Of a DNA stretch of 64,000 nucleotides, positions 19,612-32,000 are shown piece by piece. Under the pieces are notes generated by a model that had not been told where the DNA came from, made no database searches, and worked only from the letters and a program-made list of their open reading frames with translations. This DNA comes from a virus. The stretch covers positions 19,646 to 83,645 of IMG/VR virus record IMGVR_UViG_3300009703_002430; one strand, given 5' to 3'. Each line of letters opens with the position of its first letter. The first letter of the stretch is position 1. The translations under genes were made by a program, and so were the position numbers.

Positions 19612-21288
19612 CTAGTTAACAACTTTTATATTAAAGCTTCGTTGTTGTCTTTGTATTTCTTTCTCTTTCGTCTCTTTGTTTTCGCATTCTACATTTGCCT
19701 CCACAATGATTTTTGCGCTTCCCAACTCCAATCCTTCAATCCAAATACTTCCCTTGTTCCCTGTGACACTCGGCCTCCATCCGATTGCCCCATTCTTTAT
19801 TATAGAACCGCCGCCAACACCAATACCCCACGTCATATCTCCGTCAGCACCTTCCATCCACCCTGAGAAGGTGAAACTTACATTCGTGATTGCCCCAAGC
19901 GGTATTTCTCCTGTCCCATCCAAGCTTGCGCTTACGTCGTCACATTCTACTTCGTCTTCCTCTTCCTCTTCTTCCTCCGTATCTACTGGCACTGGCGTAT
20001 CTACTGGGTCGTCTTTATCCGTAGATTGACACGCTATTATGCATTCTGATAAACTAGAGTATTCCCCGTCCTCGTCTGGTTGGCACTCCCCATCTACGCA
20101 TGAATATCTACCACCGCATCCAGCAGAAAGACATTCTGACAAACTAGAGTATTCCCCTTCCTTGTCTGGCTGGCATTCTCCATCTATGCATGAATATTTT
20201 TCGTCGGCAGGAGGTGGTTCTGGCTTTGGCTCTTCTTCCTCTACGACATACGGAGTCTTTCCGTGGTAGGGCGCACTCATTTCATATGGCACCCAACTTC
20301 CTGCAAAGCTGTTCTTTAATCCACCACCAGTTATTGAATATCCTTTATGAGGTAGTGGTATACTCGGATCTGTTTGAAATAGTATAGCTGGAGGGATTGA
20401 TATGGCATTTCTATTATGTTTACCTCTACCTACTATATTACGTTTAGATCTTTTGAATGTCTGATAATGAATATAAGGGTTGAATACTGTTGGGTTGCTT
20501 TCGCCATCTTCATAATAAGGAGCCATGCCTGATGACTCAACAATCTCTCCGCTAACAGTGTAAGCATCTATATGCTGATCATGCACAGTCTTTCTTGATT
20601 TTATTGCGCTGGATAGGTCGGAATCTAATTTATTCCAGTAAACAAGGGATTGATTTATGCCACTGTTTAATATCATCATTGCCGTGTCAGAGCGAGCTAC
20701 ACCAGACCAATAGAACCCACTGTTAGGATGGGGGCTAACCCAAATATTACGCACTCCAATTCCCGAAGCGCCCTCGTCTCCAGCAAAACTTATTTTGTAT
20801 CTAGAACCAACATTTCCACTTCCGTCTGGCCATCCGGCGACAGTTACAGTGCCGCTTGCATCGCCCCCTGTGGCTATTGTTTCTTGTCTTTTTCCCCCGT
20901 CATTACCAAACGTTGATACAAAAGCCCCAGCTACGCCTGTAAAGTCTTTTCCAGCGCTTTTAAAACTGTTATCAGTAACGTCACTTATATTACCTTCTAG
21001 TGACTGGCCATCATTTACGCCAGACTCCCACCAGTATAAAATCTTACCCTCAAGAAACATGACTGGAGCAAAATGTTCTGTTCCATCAAATTTGCCATAG
21101 CTATACTGAGGCTGAGCAAAGCTTACTAATTCTTGCGAAAAATCAAAATAGTTTGATTCACCAGACCCCAAGACTCCAGACCCAAAGACTGCGCCAGCAC
21201 TAAGCAAGCCACCGCTGCTCGCAACCCATGCAGGGTCTGAAGACAACGGCTTGTGAGCCAACAGGTCTTGTGGGTTTCTAGTCGCCAT
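19612..21288 (-). CDS. Structural protein with SG-rich N-terminus, Cys-rich tandem repeat and acidic linker
   Basis: 558 aa; two YSCxDGECQPDxxGEYSSLSEC units; EEEEEED tract; TAATG overlap. Confidence 0.8.
   Translation of the reverse strand: MATRNPQDLLAHKPLSSDPAWVASSGGLLSAGAVFGSGVLGSGESNYFDFSQELVSFAQPQYSYGKFDGTEHFAPVMFLEGKILYWWESGVNDGQSLEGNISDVTDNSFKSAGKDFTGVAGAFVSTFGNDGGKRQETIATGGDASGTVTVAGWPDGSGNVGSRYKISFAGDEGASGIGVRNIWVSPHPNSGFYWSGVARSDTAMMILNSGINQSLVYWNKLDSDLSSAIKSRKTVHDQHIDAYTVSGEIVESSGMAPYYEDGESNPTVFNPYIHYQTFKRSKRNIVGRGKHNRNAISIPPAILFQTDPSIPLPHKGYSITGGGLKNSFAGSWVPYEMSAPYHGKTPYVVEEEEPKPEPPPADEKYSCIDGECQPDKEGEYSSLSECLSAGCGGRYSCVDGECQPDEDGEYSSLSECIIACQSTDKDDPVDTPVPVDTEEEEEEEDEVECDDVSASLDGTGEIPLGAITNVSFTFSGWMEGADGDMTWGIGVGGGSIIKNGAIGWRPSVTGNKGSIWIEGLELGSAKIIVEANVECENKETKEKEIQRQQRSFNIKVVN
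20042..20197. repeat. Tandem repeat, 90-nt period (two 66-nt cores) encoding Cys-rich units
   Basis: 20042-20107 vs 20132-20197, 7 mismatches in 66 nt. Confidence 0.9.
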
Positions 21289-23054
21289 TATCTATCCAAT
21301 TCGTAAACCCAGTTTAAGCTAATATTATACGTACCTTCTTTAGGAGACCAGTTTTCAGATGGTGGATTTAAAAACCACTTTCTTATTCCGGGCTCACTTT
21401 CAGGGCTAAGCTCTTTTATTAGTGATCTCAACTGACTTCTAGTCGGCTCTACAATACTTGGTTTGAGTAACGTCAAAGACTCTCTGGTGCTTCCGTAGCC
21501 GATATCTGTGTAATCCATCAATAAGTCTATAGTAAGGTTTCTTGAGTACTCTGTGCGACTTCCTATATATTGTAGTACTGGCCCTGTTTCTCTACCTATA
21601 ACTGGTATAACTGCAAACACGTCTCCGGGATAGGTGTCTTGAACTTGTATATTTTCACTTAACACTCCTGAGATTATGTTTAAAGGTCTATTGTTAAATT
21701 CTAAGGAGTATGTTATTTCTCCAGTATATTCATTCATCCCAATGCTTATACTGTTTGGCTGAGAGTTAAGACTTACGCCGACTGCGTTATTTGCTCTTTT
21801 GTATACTTCTGACGTTAACCCAAACTGACCACCGTTTGTGACCGTGTGATACTTTTCAAGAGCGTTTTTATATTTTGTGCCGCTTGTGGATGGGAGTCCT
21901 CCATTGTAGTTACCGCCGTAACCACTTGGTGGTAGCTCGGACAAACCCTGCACAGTTCCATCAATTGAAACAGTGGTAAATGGGCTATCTACACCGTTAG
22001 AAGCTGCCATACTATAATTTTCATAAGCGCTTCCGCTGGCAAGTAACCAAGTCTGACTTAGGGTATAAGAGCCACCAGCTAAATCAACACTTTCATTTTG
22101 AGAGTGGCTATAGCCCCTGTAAACATTAAGAAGGTTAACAGTCCCACTACCTATAAAACCCACATGTGTTGGTAAGTTAGGATACTGCGTTTCCACGCCG
22201 CTAACAACACTACCATTTACTTTTATTCTATCTTGAACAAAATTTCTTGCGTTCCACCAACCACTTAGCTCAATAACGCTATTACCATCAGACGTGGGAG
22301 TATAATGCGTTGTGGCCTGAGCTGAGATATTTCTGGTTATCCTATAAGTGTAAGGGAGGTCGCTTGTTTCACCTATACTTTCATCAACCTCCAGCGCCCA
22401 GTCATCACTGAAGCTATTGATATAGTTTGCGCCTAAAAGATACAGTTGTTGCTCAGTATGCTGGAACCCCGAAGCGATTGGGTTGCCTTCTAAATCTACA
22501 TTATAATCTTTGTCGAGTAACGTGTCGGCCTCTAAGGTTATGGTATAATCCATTCTTTCGATATAGGTGCCTTCAGAAAAGTCCAAGGACGTAATTCTTG
22601 GATAGCAAACCACGCTAGCTTCGTCGCCATGAACGGCTTGTATTTCCATCCTCTGGCCATCTCTAGCAAATAACTCTCGCATACATTTTTGTTTCCAAAA
22701 CATGGCGTCAAGTTTTTGCTCAAATGTTACAGCTTGCCTTGGAACTTCTTTCATGTAGTGAGACTGGTTGCTGTGCTGGACAGAGACATCCCAAGAATTA
22801 TAAGGCCCTTTTAATGACCTAGTGCTATTGTAGCTGGAGTCTCTATAATCAATAACGCTCCCGTTTCTTGGGTCATACGCCAAGGGGAATCCGCCATCAT
22901 CAAGCAGAGTGCCTGTTAGAGTAATAGTGTATCTAGTGCCGTATTTTTCGCCACCTTCAGACCGCTTTATTTCTTCAGATATAGAAATTAGCGGAGCCGG
23001 TCTTAAAACACATACTTGCGCACTATCATTTTTATAATAGACGTTGATTGGCAT
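21288..23054 (-). CDS. Tail-associated structural protein (588 aa; possibly Dit-like)
   Basis: Beta-strand-rich ORF in the post-TMP module; function by position only. Confidence 0.7.
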   Translation of the reverse strand: MPINVYYKNDSAQVCVLRPAPLISISEEIKRSEGGEKYGTRYTITLTGTLLDDGGFPLAYDPRNGSVIDYRDSSYNSTRSLKGPYNSWDVSVQHSNQSHYMKEVPRQAVTFEQKLDAMFWKQKCMRELFARDGQRMEIQAVHGDEASVVCYPRITSLDFSEGTYIERMDYTITLEADTLLDKDYNVDLEGNPIASGFQHTEQQLYLLGANYINSFSDDWALEVDESIGETSDLPYTYRITRNISAQATTHYTPTSDGNSVIELSGWWNARNFVQDRIKVNGSVVSGVETQYPNLPTHVGFIGSGTVNLLNVYRGYSHSQNESVDLAGGSYTLSQTWLLASGSAYENYSMAASNGVDSPFTTVSIDGTVQGLSELPPSGYGGNYNGGLPSTSGTKYKNALEKYHTVTNGGQFGLTSEVYKRANNAVGVSLNSQPNSISIGMNEYTGEITYSLEFNNRPLNIISGVLSENIQVQDTYPGDVFAVIPVIGRETGPVLQYIGSRTEYSRNLTIDLLMDYTDIGYGSTRESLTLLKPSIVEPTRSQLRSLIKELSPESEPGIRKWFLNPPSENWSPKEGTYNISLNWVYELDR

Positions 23055-23055
23055 T

Positions 23056-26000
23056 TTATTTTCCTCTTACACGTAGATTAAGTTGGCTTGTGAGTTGCTG
23101 TATTCCACTAACCGCTAAAATCATACTTCCTGACCCAGCAGTCTTGCTTACTCCACTAACAGATAGGGGCATCCCAGATTCTGTCACAATGTATGCTGAC
23201 TGCGTGTACAATCCTATATTATTATACACGGTTGCTTTAGGCTGAGGCAGGATATATAAATTCATTCCTCCGCTAACGGATACGCCTGAACCCTCTGTAA
23301 ATAGCTGAACAAAGTCACTGACAGGAGTTCCTGAAGGTATGCTACCTTCTGCTGCTAGTACATAAGGCCTATGCTCTATAAAGCCTTTAGTCGCAGGATC
23401 TTGTCCAGATGATTCTAGGAATAACTCACCATCACTATTGCTAAATACCATTCCGGTTTTTTCGTAAGCTGTATTTGCGATGTTTACAGCTTGGTTAACT
23501 TCTAGGCGCACAGCGTATGTTCCAGAGCCGTCTCCGTAAAGATTTGCAAATAATGTTGCTTGTTTAGACCCGCTGGTTGCCGGTTGTTCTCTGAGCATTG
23601 CATCATATGTGTACGCCGCCCCTGCATTTGGTAGCGGGTTGACATCGTTTATGTTTCCGCTAGCAAACATGTGGTGAGGAGCTCCGACAGATAGAGTGTA
23701 ATCCGCATCTGCTCTGTCAGATCTAGTTATATGAACACTTCTTCCAAAGTGGTCGTTTTCAGATCCGGATATCGCAACTGGGCTAGACTCGTCTGTGTAG
23801 GCTTTTTGTTTTCTATCGTTGTATCCTTGAGCTACAACTTTGTCAGCTTCTACATATTCTTTCGTTCTATTGCCCCAGTTTACTATTCCGTACCTGTAGG
23901 TGAATACCGCACCATTATTAAGTACAGGTGTTCCACTATTAATTATATCAGTTCTTGTGCCCGAATACCCTAAGTCATATACATTATGAAGAGGAATATC
24001 AAACTCAAAGTTAAATTCTTTCCTCAAGAATGAACCACTGTCATATACGTGCTCATGGTAGTTAGTAAAGTCGTGTCCCGGAGCTCCAATGGCCACAAAG
24101 TCACTATCCATACTAACAGAATATCCAAACATATCTCCGACAGCCATCAGTTTTTGTAGGTCTGCGGCTGTATAGTTGTTTGAACCAATGTAATTTTGTG
24201 AATCTGAAAGATTTGTATATCCATCTATTGGCTCATTTGCTCCAGAAGGTTTTAGCTTCTGCATAAACTGCCAAGGTACTCCAGAGCCAAATACATTCAT
24301 ACCACTTCCGGTTCTCATGAACCCAAACACTGCTCCAGCACCACCGTTGCCTCCAACGGATATACCAGATATATCAGTGAGATTATTTTTGTTGAATCCA
24401 CTAACTTGAGGCCAGTAAACAACACTGTTGTTATCAAAGCCGTTGAATGGACTTCCAACTATCAACCTGTCTCCTTGTAGTGCTATTGAGTATCCGAACA
24501 GATCTCCGGGATATCCTGATGGATAAGCGTCAAAGTCTATATGGTCTCTACCAAGAACTTCTACGATTGAAGGCATACCACCAGCAGCATCTCTGTCCTT
24601 ATAGACAACGCTACCAACTGTTTCGTGGAATTTAGCATTTGCGCCAGCTTCAGCCGCAAGCGTAAGGAACTTAGCCATTTCTTTTTTCTTCAGCGGTAAA
24701 GTTTCTGGCTCAGGCACTCTTGTGACAGTTTTTGGATCTCTGTCGCTACTATCGAAGTAAGAGCCTGAAACCCTAGCTGTTCCACCGCCAAACTTGGACG
24801 CTAATCCAGCCATTCCGCTAGCAGCCCAGAACTTCTGAGGACTACCTCTTTCTGGGGATATAATTTTTTGTATGTGTTCAAACTGCCTTCCGCCATCCAA
24901 ATTCTGCAAAATTCTTCTAGTCGCTCCGTCACCCCTAGTCGTACCCGAATACTCTGACCCATCATTTCCACCGTCTAAGTCCATGATGGTTGTGTTTGAG
25001 TCTCTGAGCTTGCTCATGGTAGAGTTTTTCTCATACAAGCTCTTAACAAATTCTGCATTTGCAGACTGTTGTGTTCGATACTCTGGACATGTACCCTGTA
25101 GTATTGAGGCATCACTTATAAGAATAATTCGTGATCTATTCTTACCGGCGGCAAAGGCGCTGAACTTTTCAGGCTCTTCAGCAACAACAACTGGCCCATC
25201 TGCAATCAATTGACCCTTTGTATCAGACAACAAATCGTTTGTAGCATCAATGCCAGCTTGGATTAGATCTGCGTTGGCCTCGTTGTTCAACTCTTCCATA
25301 ATCTTCATCTCTATTATCTCTTGCTGGCTAAAGCCTTGTGATTCAAGGTCTGCAACAGAGCTTTCAGTAGCCACAGCAGGTTCAATGCAATACTTGCTGT
25401 TGTCAGTTTTTATAGGTCTGAGTCTTTCTGGGAAGTTATATGTGATAGCAGGATGTTCTATGTATGTCACCTCTTCGGTGCATTCATCTCTTAGATGTAT
25501 TTTCTTATGCGTTAGATGCGTTCTTTCCTCTATTGGAAGCAACGAACCAGAGGCAGAAAGTATTCTAAATGTTCTTGGTATGTAATCTGTACTTGGTGTC
25601 ACTCTTAAATTATTAGCTTCAAAGTATAGATTGATCTTGCTTATGCCAGAAGGTATTCTAATGTCAACTGTTGATATTCCAGTTTTTCCTATTTCTGGAG
25701 CTAGTATACCACTAGTAATCATTATGCCATCAGCATATTCATAGGCGGTATCATCTTCTTTATAATCAGTTACTGTGCCTATGCCATATCCGGGCCTCAT
25801 CTTATCCTTGTCATTTCTATGGTCAGGATCAAATTCAAAACCTTTACCATACCATCTTATTGGCTGTTTCTCAGTTTGGAATTCTCTAGCAAAGTCTACA
25901 AACACTCTATAACCAGATCCAGCTTGCACGTCTGCGGTCAGAGCAAACACTCCACTCTTTATTTCCCATAGTGAACGAGTTTCAAACAGTACACTCTTAA

Positions 26001-29000
26001 TAGGTACGCTATACCTGATTAGGTTTCTTCCTCGTTTACCAATGTTTATAACAACAAAGTCAGCTATTGTTCTGTCTTCATTCTCAATCCAGCCTTGGTT
26101 GAAAGTATCGTCTGATGTCTTAGATATAGCTAAGAACTTGGACTCGTTGTTCTTGCCTTCACAGCCCTTAACAATATAAAGATCTTCGTTCATAGCCTGC
26201 TTGTTTGAACCGCCATCCATGTCCACGTCTTTTTGAGCCCACTTGTCTATTCCTTCAATCTCTCCGTTCTCAGTAGTATGTATTAACAGAGGCTTGATAT
26301 CTGTTCCAAGTTGGTTGCAAAGATCAAACACATTTCTTGCTATTGCCTGATCGTTATCAAGAGTAATAACAAGGGTCTTATCGCCTCTATTCAACCAGTC
26401 TTTTATTCTTCCAACTTCTGACGCGCTTGGTGTTCCATTTGGATTAGCCACCCAGCAGACATGTGCTTCGTTTGGAAGTGAGACAGATTCTCCGTCAGAG
26501 TTGACAGTAGATACATTTTCTACTACGCCATGACCATCGGACTGAAACGCTAGCTTGAGTACGGATTTATCATAAGCATCCTTGAAGCTAACCCTGTTTG
26601 TCCAGCCGCCTATCTGTGCTATGAGACCTTTGTTTCTTCCGCAGTCATATTCACCGTCAGAACGTTTTTCAACTAAGTTGTAATAGAAATTAGTATTGCC
26701 ATCTATACTACGGTCTTGGTCGTGAACCATATTCTTTTCACTTTCAGACGCTACAGATGATATAATCACTATCTTAGAAGTGGCTTCATCAATCCAGTTT
26801 TCTTCAGCAGCTAAGTAACTGTCTTCGTATACTCTTTTCTCTTTCTTTACTACTTCGTCTTTACTGGAACCCATAGCCTGAAGTATCGCATCTCTTCCAT
26901 TAAATGGTTTTGGATCTTTCCAAGCGCCCTGTCCTGTTATAGACATGTTGCTGATGCCATCGTCTGAGTATGAAAATGCTGACTGACTAAGATGGGTATC
27001 TTCAAAGTGATAGGTTTTTTCTGTTTTGGTGACAAAGCCGGAGATTGGCACACAGACACGCTTAACAACTTTTTCTACCCAGCTTGGTATCACTATTGGT
27101 TCAGGGGCTTTGTATTCACCTGCAACTAAAAGCGGTTTAGGTTCGTTGTTTGGTCTTTGTATAATACCACTTAGAGGAGCAACTTCGCACTGCATTGATC
27201 CATTTCCATACTGGAATGGCCAGTAGTAATTTTCAGTCACTAGTCTGCCTGCGTCATCAATACATTCTTCTTTCCAACCTGCCCTCAAGTCTCCGCTATG
27301 AGCCAAAGGCATATCGCAGCAGTTGCTACCATGCTCTGATTTGGAAACAGTGCTGCAAGGTGGATACTGTGTCTCCCATGCCGGAATGTGCATACGTATG
27401 TCGCCAACGCCATGTGCAAACATTTCGTCTCTGAGTACGCTTGTATTTCTTGTGTAAGGAATGTCAGTCGATCTCAACACGTTAGGCTTGCTTGTTTCTG
27501 GACACCCAGATAGAGATTCATACTGAGTCCTAGCTGCAGACAGCCTCATTTCTGAGCCAAGTTTTTCAAGAATCTTATTTATAATGTCGTTTGAAAGCTT
27601 GTACTTACCATTTTCTTCCCACACTGGATCATTACCAACAAGCACAAGTGTTCTGTCACCAAGAGCTAACCAGTCTTTAATGTTCTGTAGTATTTCGTCA
27701 CTTGTAGCATCTATTTCTGGAGTAATGATAAATGCGGTTCCAGCGTCTTTTGGTATGTCTAGTTCTGAGTAAGCAGTTCTAGTAAACGGAACGCCGTGAG
27801 TTTGATATGTATCTTTAAGGAATGTATAATTCTCTTCGTCGTCTGGGTGTGTTGACATATCTAAGTTACCAAACTTAAAGTATTCAACTACACTTCCGTG
27901 AGGATGATACTGCCTAGATCCAAACATCCTTACTGCTCCAGCGTTTGTGTCTGAAGCCCAAGCTGTGGAATAACCAGTTCCCTCTTGATCTTTGTAGTAA
28001 ACGTTTGTGTCGTCAGCTTCATTAAGACTGTCTGTAGGAGCTCCGAAGGCTACCAAACTTCCGTCTTCGTTTACAGCCGTACTCCATCCCAATCGTGAGG
28101 TAGGAGCTTCTCCACTTCTACCTTCTACTCCAGTGAGTATAAAGCCCCATGTTCCTCTGTACGGAATGTCGTCGTAACCAAATCTGTATATTTGGCTGTA
28201 CTCATTGATATCATTATCTTTTCTGAACGCAAACCTGTCTGTTCTACTTAGTTCGTAGTAGATCATTTCAGAGGCTTTTCTCCAGCCGTACTGAGCGTTA
28301 TAAAGTTCGTACTGTGTCAACTGGCTGGTTTTAGCGTTGTCCGCTAACCATGCCCTAACAAGTTTGAACATGTTTTCTTTTACTTCCGGCTTGTGCTCGA
28401 ATATAGAACAAGCCTCACTCATGTAAGGCGAGCCAATAGTGAGTATCTCTGCGTTCTTACTAATGGCAACAGAGTGTCCAAATCTATCAGGCGTGTGGAA
28501 CTGGTATTCTCCCGGAGATTTTATTTCTTGTATTAAGCCCCAAACTCCACTCTCTTTTTCAAACACATAGACTCTACCACCACTAGCAGGAGGAATTTGC
28601 AATCCGGAAGAAAGTAGAACGCTTTCAGACGGCTCTCCAAGAGATGTGGTTATTAAGGTTACTCCATCTTGTGTTACAAGTCTTCCAGTGTCGAGCAGTC
28701 CAGATCCATTGGAGTTAGTAAGCAACTCACTACCCATCTGTACCCAATCTTCCACATCTGCCTGCATCCTTTCAGCAGTCTGTTCTTCGCTGCTGACAGG
28801 TCTAAAGTATTCGTAGAAGTGACCGCTGGACTGAATACCGCTTCCACCAAGAGTCTTAACACCACTCAAGAAACTGTAGTCATTGTAGTGGTTAATGAAT
28901 CTATCTATTGCTGGCTCTACCTTGCTTCTACCCAAAGTTCTACTTGGGTCTACGAACAATCCAAATAGCGGAGGTATACCACTGTGGGTTTTGGCGCCGT

Positions 29001-32000
29001 CGTAAGGGAAGGCTTCTTCAAAGGCAGACAAGATGCCACTGTACATATCGTCTGAGTTTGTTTTATTTACATTGTTTACTTCGATTTTTCTATGAATCAT
29101 CCAGCTTGGCAATTCACCGTGAGATTCTATATTTCCAAAGGCTCCATTGGTAGGTTGAATAATAACAACCTTTAAATCCAAGTGTACAGCGGGATCTCCG
29201 TAGAATTTCCACAGGTGGTTTTGGCGATTTATTATACTGGTTAACTCTTGTAACTGAGTTCTCTTAGGTGTTTTGAACTCGTCTGTAACAAGCATAATTC
29301 CAACAGGAACACCAGACGTTGTTATGTCTCCGAATATTCCAGACCAAGAAGCGTTTGGAGCGCCAACGACTGCTATCTCTCTAGTCTTATCTATGAGAGA
29401 AGTATTGTTTTCTGTTATTGCTAAGTCTACTGAATGTCCAAACTCTCGGCCTTGCTGCCCCACCTGCCAGTTTCTTACATGGATGTCAGGTAAATTGTTG
29501 ACCTTAATCTTAGCTACGCCAGACTCTGGATAAGATTTTCTATACCCTGAAGGCAATACGAGCTTGGTTTCCAAACTCCAGAAGCCTTTGTCTCCACTGT
29601 TGGCTAAGGCGTTCTTTCTGTATAGATAGACAGCGCCTGCGTCTTTGAGGTATCCACTTCCGACCTCATCATAAGCGTGCTTAGGAGCACTTACGGCAAG
29701 TAGGTCTTTACTAACTGCTGTTGTAGAGCCATACTTATCGCCCTCATTTCTGCCGTTTGGTCGTAGGTTTGGATAATCACCAACTATCTTATGACCTGAG
29801 AAGTTTATATCGCCTATACTTCCGTATTCCCATTCTTCCCACTCTTTAGGAACTTCTATCTTATTATCAGTACCAGTCTTTCCTTTAAGAGTGACTTCAT
29901 AAGCCGTATTTGGCTGGAGTCCGGTTATCTTGCGTATTCCATAGTAATTACCACTGTATGAGTATAGGGCATTAGTATATGTATTTTTGGCTCTGGTTAT
30001 TCCAGCGTCAACACACTTATCATCATAGTAAGATATGCCATCTTGTGTCAACGCTTTTTCTTGAGCTCCAGTTACGCTGCAGTCTCCAAAGGATATTAAA
30101 TCAACGCCTCTAATTTCATCGCTGGCCGCTACGGTTGTATATCCTTCGTCGTTAACCTCTATTGCACTACCATAGTTTCTACCGTTCCACTGGAAGCTGT
30201 GACTTCTTATATATGGGTGGTTGATTGTGAATAGACCCATAAGTCCAGAGACAGTATTGACAGGCTCAGGATGGCTCAACACCAAATTCATTGATGCGTT
30301 GCGATAAGGAGAGTCCTTTGTAAACACAAATAAGTTCATATGAGAGTCTACATTGGCATTAAATCTTTCTCCCATACCTCTAGCATGGAAAACCATTGCT
30401 CCTGAAGCTGTTCCAGACTGTATATTCTTGTCTGGCGTGTACATTACTACTGGCAGGTAGCCAAATGCTCCTCCGCCGATTCCGCCAGCATGAATGTTTA
30501 AGTTCAGCAAAGAACCTGAGTCTCCAAGCGACTGAACGTTATGAGCGTGTAGGTTCATAGCTGCGAACTGACCACTGATGTCTGAAACATCTGCATACAA
30601 GTTCATGCCGCTGGCTATAGACTTAGATGTAAACGAGTGAAGCGAAAGTTTGGTTAGAACATTGTCTGGACTGCCGGATGCATACAAAGACATCAGTCCT
30701 GAACCAGAGACAGGAGGCTGTGAATAAGAGTGCAGATTTACAGAGTTCACTATTCCTGAATGTGATACGTTAAACAGTCTAACAAATCCGTCTTGTCGCT
30801 GTTGCACACCACTCATTGTTAGCGTCATCAGGCCGCTGGTTGGATAAGCACTAACATAGGCGTCGTCTGTGGTCACATGCGCGCTATGGATATCTATAGA
30901 AGAATCGTACTTACCACCGGATGGATAAACAACATCGTATTGCAAGAACATGTCATTTATATCTTCAGAGTAGTATCTATGATTGAACTCGGAGAGTTTT
31001 CTCTCTTTGTTGTCTGAGAAAGAAGCCCAAGCTTCAGATGTGTCGAAGAGACTGTCGTAGTCAAAGTTTGTATATATCTTATGAACGCAACCAGAAGGTT
31101 TCAGGTAATGCGAAACCCTGTTAATCAATCCCCAGTTAGTCTTGTTAGGATCAAACCTATGGTCTTTGTTCTTTGTGTAAAGACTTACTACTAGCTTTGG
31201 CCCTTTACTACCATTAGTCCAAACTATATCGTTAGTAGTTCTATGCTCTAAAACCGTCTCAACAACAAGTGCTCTTTCTGAGAATTTGTATCCCCTTGGT
31301 ACGCTCTTAGTTATTCGTGGGCCAATCGAGTGGAAGTTTTCAGCGGCTTGCGATAAGTTAAATCTTAGGAAGTCATTTTCAATCTGACTGTGATAAGAAA
31401 CTCCACTGTCTATGTTTGACGGCATAGTGAAGGGGTTTGACGCTTTGTTTATATATGGATCGCCACTGTTTGATATATTGAAAGATAGTAAGTCTCTACC
31501 AACTCTGGTAGTCCACCAGTCGAATGACGAATCAAACTCACAGTATTTAAATGCTCCCAAGTCCCACTTTGTGGTATCTTGGTTTACTCTGTCCCAAAGT
31601 TTATATCTATCATTTTCAGGCGGCTCTCCACTGGCCCAGAATTTGACTCTGTTGTTTTCCAAAAACTCTTCTGCTGTTGTTTGCTTATGTGTTAGATCTG
31701 GAGAGCTGTATACTACATTGCCGCTGTCTGACAGGCCAAATTCGCTAACGAACATATCCATTCCAACGCCTGTACCTGCTGTGTGGCCAAGAAGCAGATT
31801 GCCTGTGCCGGTAGCCATTACAAACTCATCTGAGCTTGCTCTATGTGTTGTCCAGCTTCCGCTTGCTATTTCGTTGTCAGTATACAGCCTTAGTTTTTTA
31901 GACCCCTTATCGTTATAAGTAAGCACTACTGAAAGAGGATACTGGTAGTTGCTGTAATCAACTGTATCTTTTGCTGTTATGATATCTCCACCAGCCGTAC

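Noticed and set aside
20042-20197. Possible DGR template/variable repeat pair
   Set aside because: Mismatches run in both directions rather than being adenine-specific to one copy; the copies are tandem and in frame; no reverse transcriptase in the window.
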